60,382 nt of DNA from Planctomycetota bacterium (GTDB lineage Bacteria > Planctomycetota > SZUA-567 > H5-PLA8): positions 1 through 60,382 of the forward strand of contig BTVV01000030.1 of the NCBI GenBank assembly GCA_045863855.1, read 5' to 3'. The translations under genes were made by a program, and so were the position numbers. Shown here piece by piece: positions 56,545 through 60,382 of the stretch. Each line of letters opens with the position of its first letter. Position 1 is the stretch's first letter. The notes below the pieces were generated by a model, which saw only the letters and a list, made by a program, of their open reading frames with translations, searched no databases and was not told where the DNA came from.

Positions 56545-59400
56545 ATGCCCAAGCCCGACCCCACGCACGCCATCCGCATCCGCGGGGCGCGCGAGCACAA
56601 CCTCAAGCACGTCAACGTCGACCTCCCGCGCGACCGGCTGGTCGTCATCACCGGCCTCTCCGGCTCCGGAAAGTCCACGCTCGCCTTCGACACCGTCTAC
56701 GCCGAAGGGCAGCGCCGCTACGTCGAAAGCCTCAGCGCCTACGCGCGCCAATTCCTCCAGATGCTCCAGAAGCCCGACGTCGAATCCATCGACGGCCTCA
56801 CGCCCACCATCGCCATCGAACAGCGCAGCGGCACCTCCACGCCGCGCTCCACCGTCGCCACCACCACCGAGATCTACGACTTCCTGCGCGTCCTCTTCGC
56901 GCGCATCGGCACGCCGCATTGCCCGCAATGCGCCCGCGAGATTCAGGGCCAGTCCGCGCAACAGATCGTCGACCGCCTCAAGAGCTACCCTGAAGGCACG
57001 AAGCTGATGCTCCTCGCGCCACTCGTCCGCGGCAAGAAGGGCGAACACCGCGAAATCTTCGCCGCCGCGCGCCGCGAAGGCTTCCAGCGCCTCCGCGTCG
57101 ACGGAGAACAGGTCGACGCGCGCGAAGCCAAGCCCCTCGCCAAGACCTTCCAGCACACCATCGAAGTCGTCATCGACCGCATCCTCGTCAAAGCCGGCGT
57201 CGAAGCGCGGCTGACCGAATCGGTCGAACTGGCGCTCAAGGTCGGCGACGGGCTGCTCATCGCCAACGTCCAGGAACCCGACAAGAACGCCGGCAAGGAC
57301 CACGCCTTCAGCGAACGCTTCGCCTGCCCGGTCCACGGCGTCGGCATCGAAGAACTCTCGCCGCGCATGTTCAGCTTCAACAGCCCTTACGGCGCGTGCC
57401 CCACCTGCGCGGGGCTGGGCACCAAGATGGAAGTCGACGTCGATCTCCTCGCGCCCGAACGCAAGCGCAGCATCGACGCGGGGCTGATCAAGAACCTCTA
57501 CAAGCTCGGTTACAACTACGGCATCTGGTACGGCCGGGCCGTCCGGCGCTTCTGCAAAGCCGCCGGCGTCGAGCTCGAAACGCCGCTCGCCGATCTGCCC
57601 AAGCCCTTCTTCAAGGCGCTGATGCACGGCATCTCGGGCAAGGCCGCCGAAAAGTACGGGCGCGAATTCCGCGGACTCGTCCCCTCGCTCACCGAACGCT
57701 TCATGCACACCGAGAGCGAGACGATCAAGGCGCGCATCCACGAATTCATGACCGCGCAGCCTTGCCAGGATTGCCGCGGCGCGCGACTGCGCCCCGAAGT
57801 CCTGGCCGTCCGCGTCGGCGGCAAGAGCATCCACGAAGTCACGGGACTCACCACCGAACGCGCCATGACCTTCTTCGATACGCTCCAGCTCAGCGGCGAA
57901 AAGGCCAAGATCGCCGCCCAGGCGCTCAAGGAGATCCGCGACCGGCTCGGATTCCTCGTCGACGTCGGCCTCGCGTACCTCACCCTCGACCGCACCAGCG
58001 GCACGCTCAGCGGCGGCGAAGCGCAGCGCATCCGCCTCGCCAGCCAGGTCGGCAGCAAGCTCGTCGGCGTCACCTACGTCCTCGACGAACCCACCATCGG
58101 CTTGCAACAGCGCGACAACGACCGGCTGCTCAACACGCTCGTCAAGCTCCGCGATCTGGGCAATACCGTCCTCGTGGTCGAGCACGACGAAGACGTGATC
58201 CGCCGCGCCGACTGGATCGTCGATATGGGACCGCACGCCGGCGTCCACGGCGGCGAAGTCGTCGCCGCCGGCTCCGTGGCCGACCTCTCCAAGTGCGAAC
58301 GCTCCATGACCGGCCAGTACCTGACCGGAAAGCTCGAGATCGGCGTCCCCGCCGTGCGCCGCGCCGCCGACCTCCAGCGCGCCATCGCCATCCGTGGCGC
58401 GCGCGAGAACAATCTTAAGAATGCCGACGTGGACCTCCCGCTCGGCTGCTTCGTCTGCGTCACCGGCGTCAGCGGAAGCGGAAAAAGCTCCCTCGTCAAC
58501 GAGGTGCTCTACAAGAGCCTCTCGCGCCAGTTGCACAACACCCGCGAAAAGCCCGGCGCCTGCGACAAGGTCTTCCTGAAAGGAAGCGCCGCGGTCGATA
58601 AGATCATCGATATCGACCAGAGCCCCATCGGCCGCACGCCGCGCAGCAACCCTGCGACTTACACCGGCGTCTTCGACGAAATCCGCAAGCTCTTCGTCAT
58701 GCTGAACGAAGCCAAGATCCGCGGCTACAACGCCGGGCGCTTCAGCTTCAACGTCAAAGGCGGGCGCTGCGAGGCCTGCCAGGGGCAGGGCGTCAAGGCC
58801 ATCGAGATGCACTTCCTCGCCGACGTCTACGTCACCTGCGAAGTCTGCAAAGGCCAGCGCTTCAACCGCGAAACGCTCGAAGTCCGCTACAAGGGCCACA
58901 GCATCGCCGACGTCCTCGACCTGTCCGTCGAAGCCGCGCTCAAGCTTTTCGCCAATCACCCCAAGATCAAGGACGGCATGCAGACGCTCTTCGACGTCGG
59001 CCTCGGCTACGTCCGCCTCGGGCAGTCCTCGACGACCCTTTCCGGCGGCGAAGCGCAGCGCATCAAGCTCGCCTTCGAACTCTCCAAGCGCGCCACCGGC
59101 AACACGCTTTACGTCCTCGACGAGCCGACCACCGGACTGCACTTCCACGACATCGCCAAGCTCCTCGACGTCCTGCAGCGCCTCGTCAACCTCGGCAACA
59201 CCGTCGTCGTGATCGAACACAACCTCGACGTGATCAAGCAAGCCGACTGGATCGTCGATCTGGGGCCCGAAGGCGGGGAGGGCGGGGGGCGCATCGTCGC
59301 CCAAGGCTCGCCCGAAGACGTCTGCCGCACCGATGGCAGCTTTACCGGTCAATACCTCAAGCGCGTGCTCCGAGTGGCCGAACCCGTAGTAGCCAAGTAG
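56545..59400 (+). CDS. uvrA: Excinuclease ABC subunit A
   Basis: GAREHNLK, GLSGSGKS, two LSGGEAQR, zinc fingers, GRTPRSNPATY. Confidence 0.98.
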   Translation: MPKPDPTHAIRIRGAREHNLKHVNVDLPRDRLVVITGLSGSGKSTLAFDTVYAEGQRRYVESLSAYARQFLQMLQKPDVESIDGLTPTIAIEQRSGTSTPRSTVATTTEIYDFLRVLFARIGTPHCPQCAREIQGQSAQQIVDRLKSYPEGTKLMLLAPLVRGKKGEHREIFAAARREGFQRLRVDGEQVDAREAKPLAKTFQHTIEVVIDRILVKAGVEARLTESVELALKVGDGLLIANVQEPDKNAGKDHAFSERFACPVHGVGIEELSPRMFSFNSPYGACPTCAGLGTKMEVDVDLLAPERKRSIDAGLIKNLYKLGYNYGIWYGRAVRRFCKAAGVELETPLADLPKPFFKALMHGISGKAAEKYGREFRGLVPSLTERFMHTESETIKARIHEFMTAQPCQDCRGARLRPEVLAVRVGGKSIHEVTGLTTERAMTFFDTLQLSGEKAKIAAQALKEIRDRLGFLVDVGLAYLTLDRTSGTLSGGEAQRIRLASQVGSKLVGVTYVLDEPTIGLQQRDNDRLLNTLVKLRDLGNTVLVVEHDEDVIRRADWIVDMGPHAGVHGGEVVAAGSVADLSKCERSMTGQYLTGKLEIGVPAVRRAADLQRAIAIRGARENNLKNADVDLPLGCFVCVTGVSGSGKSSLVNEVLYKSLSRQLHNTREKPGACDKVFLKGSAAVDKIIDIDQSPIGRTPRSNPATYTGVFDEIRKLFVMLNEAKIRGYNAGRFSFNVKGGRCEACQGQGVKAIEMHFLADVYVTCEVCKGQRFNRETLEVRYKGHSIADVLDLSVEAALKLFANHPKIKDGMQTLFDVGLGYVRLGQSSTTLSGGEAQRIKLAFELSKRATGNTLYVLDEPTTGLHFHDIAKLLDVLQRLVNLGNTVVVIEHNLDVIKQADWIVDLGPEGGEGGGRIVAQGSPEDVCRTDGSFTGQYLKRVLRVAEPVVAK

Positions 59401-59473
59401 TCGTCCGTACCGCCGTTTGCGTTAAAACCGCGGGCTCGATCCCCGCACCGTACCGCAAGGAGTCCCGTCCATC

Positions 59474-60382
59474 ATGGCCACACGCATTCTCTCCGGCGTC
59501 CAACCCAGCGGACAGCTTCACCTCGGGAATTACTTCGGAGCGATCAAGCAGCACATCGAACTCCAGGATCTGCCCGGCGCCGAACCCTACTACTTCATCG
59601 CCGACTTCCACGCCATGACCACCGTTCAGGACGCCGCCAAGCTCCGCGAATTCGTCACCGGCGTGGCGCTCGATTACCTCGCCCTGGGCCTCGACTCCAA
59701 GAAAGCCGTCTTCTTCCGCCAGTCCGATGTCCCCGAAGTCGCCGAACTCGCCTGGATGCTCAGTTGCGTCACCGGCATGGGCTTGCTCGAACGCGCGCAC
59801 AGCTACAAAGACAAGACCGCCAAGGGCCTCAAGCCCAGCGTCGGGCTCTTCTATTACCCCGTCCTGATGGCCGCCGACATCCTGATCTACAAGTCCAAAC
59901 TCGTCCCCGTCGGCCAGGATCAGGTCCAGCACGTCGAGATGACTCAGGATATGGCGCAGTATTTCAACAACACCTACGGCTGCGAAGTCCTCGTCCGCCC
60001 CGAAGCGAAGCTCAACGAGACCGCCAAGGTCCCCGGCGTCGACGGCGAAAAAATGAGCAAGTCCTACGGCAACACCATCGACCTCCAGATGGAAGGCAAC
60101 GAACTCAAGAAGCGCGTCATGAGCGTCAAGACGGACAGCACGCCCGTCGATCGGCCCAAGAACCCCGAGACCTGCAACGTTTTCGCGCTCTATAAGCTCG
60201 TCGCCGGCCCCGAAGACACGAAGGAACTCGAAGCCCAGTACCGCGCCGGTGGACTCGGTTACGGCGACGCGAAAAAGAAGCTCCTCGCCAAGATCGACGA
60301 GTTCTTCGAACCCTACCGCGAGACACGCAAGGACCTGGCCAAGAACCTCGACCACGTCGAACAAGTGCTGCGCGACGGCGCC
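59474..60382 (+). CDS. trpS: Tryptophanyl-tRNA synthetase (runs off the window end; absent from the ORF track)
   Basis: MATRILSGVQPSGQLHLGNYFGA, YPVLMAADIL, VPVG.DQ..H.E, KMSKS; AAGGAG SD. Confidence 0.96.
   Translation, partial: MATRILSGVQPSGQLHLGNYFGAIKQHIELQDLPGAEPYYFIADFHAMTTVQDAAKLREFVTGVALDYLALGLDSKKAVFFRQSDVPEVAELAWMLSCVTGMGLLERAHSYKDKTAKGLKPSVGLFYYPVLMAADILIYKSKLVPVGQDQVQHVEMTQDMAQYFNNTYGCEVLVRPEAKLNETAKVPGVDGEKMSKSYGNTIDLQMEGNELKKRVMSVKTDSTPVDRPKNPETCNVFALYKLVAGPEDTKELEAQYRAGGLGYGDAKKKLLAKIDEFFEPYRETRKDLAKNLDHVEQVLRDGA

Noticed and set aside
58075..58125. UvrA first D-loop region reads LDEPTIGLQQRD rather than GLH
   Set aside because: Single substitution in an otherwise intact gene; too little to infer altered function
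54004..59352. 1782-aa minus-strand ORF
   Set aside because: Antisense shadow of the HExxH gene and uvrA; expected from high-GC codon bias and has no motifs
59357..60364. 335-aa minus-strand ORF
   Set aside because: Antisense to trpS, which has HLGN and KMSKS motifs
1..60382. CRISPR arrays, tRNA/rRNA, transposases, defence systems
   Set aside because: No regularly spaced repeats or recognisable hallmark genes seen

Overview
High-GC bacterial chromosomal window. The gene content (FHA-Ser/Thr kinases, several sulfatases, Gfo/Idh/MocA oxidoreductases, GntR-LacI hybrid regulator, ECF sigma) suggests Planctomycetota/PVC; this is inference only. About 44 CDS. Housekeeping genes are ilvB-ilvC-ilvN, trxB, uvrA and a partial trpS. 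Accessory loci include a GntR plus two-sulfatase operon, a porin/Cys-rich protein/Tat-Rieske operon, a secreted Kelch pair, c-di-GMP proteins, two FHA kinases and several zincin-like proteins. No rRNA, tRNA, CRISPR array, integrase or transposase was recognised. Best leads: (1) a ~2.7 kb islet carrying a MEDS-PAS hybrid kinase, bounded by an 81-bp direct repeat that duplicates the 5' end of an oxidoreductase gene; (2) a sulfatase-like enzyme with Thr at the formylglycine position; (3) the porin-CCYCC-Rieske module with Fur-like boxes; (4) an exported HExxH protein with Met-rich STI1/DP-like repeats; (5) a fungal/Bacteroidota-type IlvC with a histone-like basic tail. Family assignments come from motif recognition by eye; no database searches were run.
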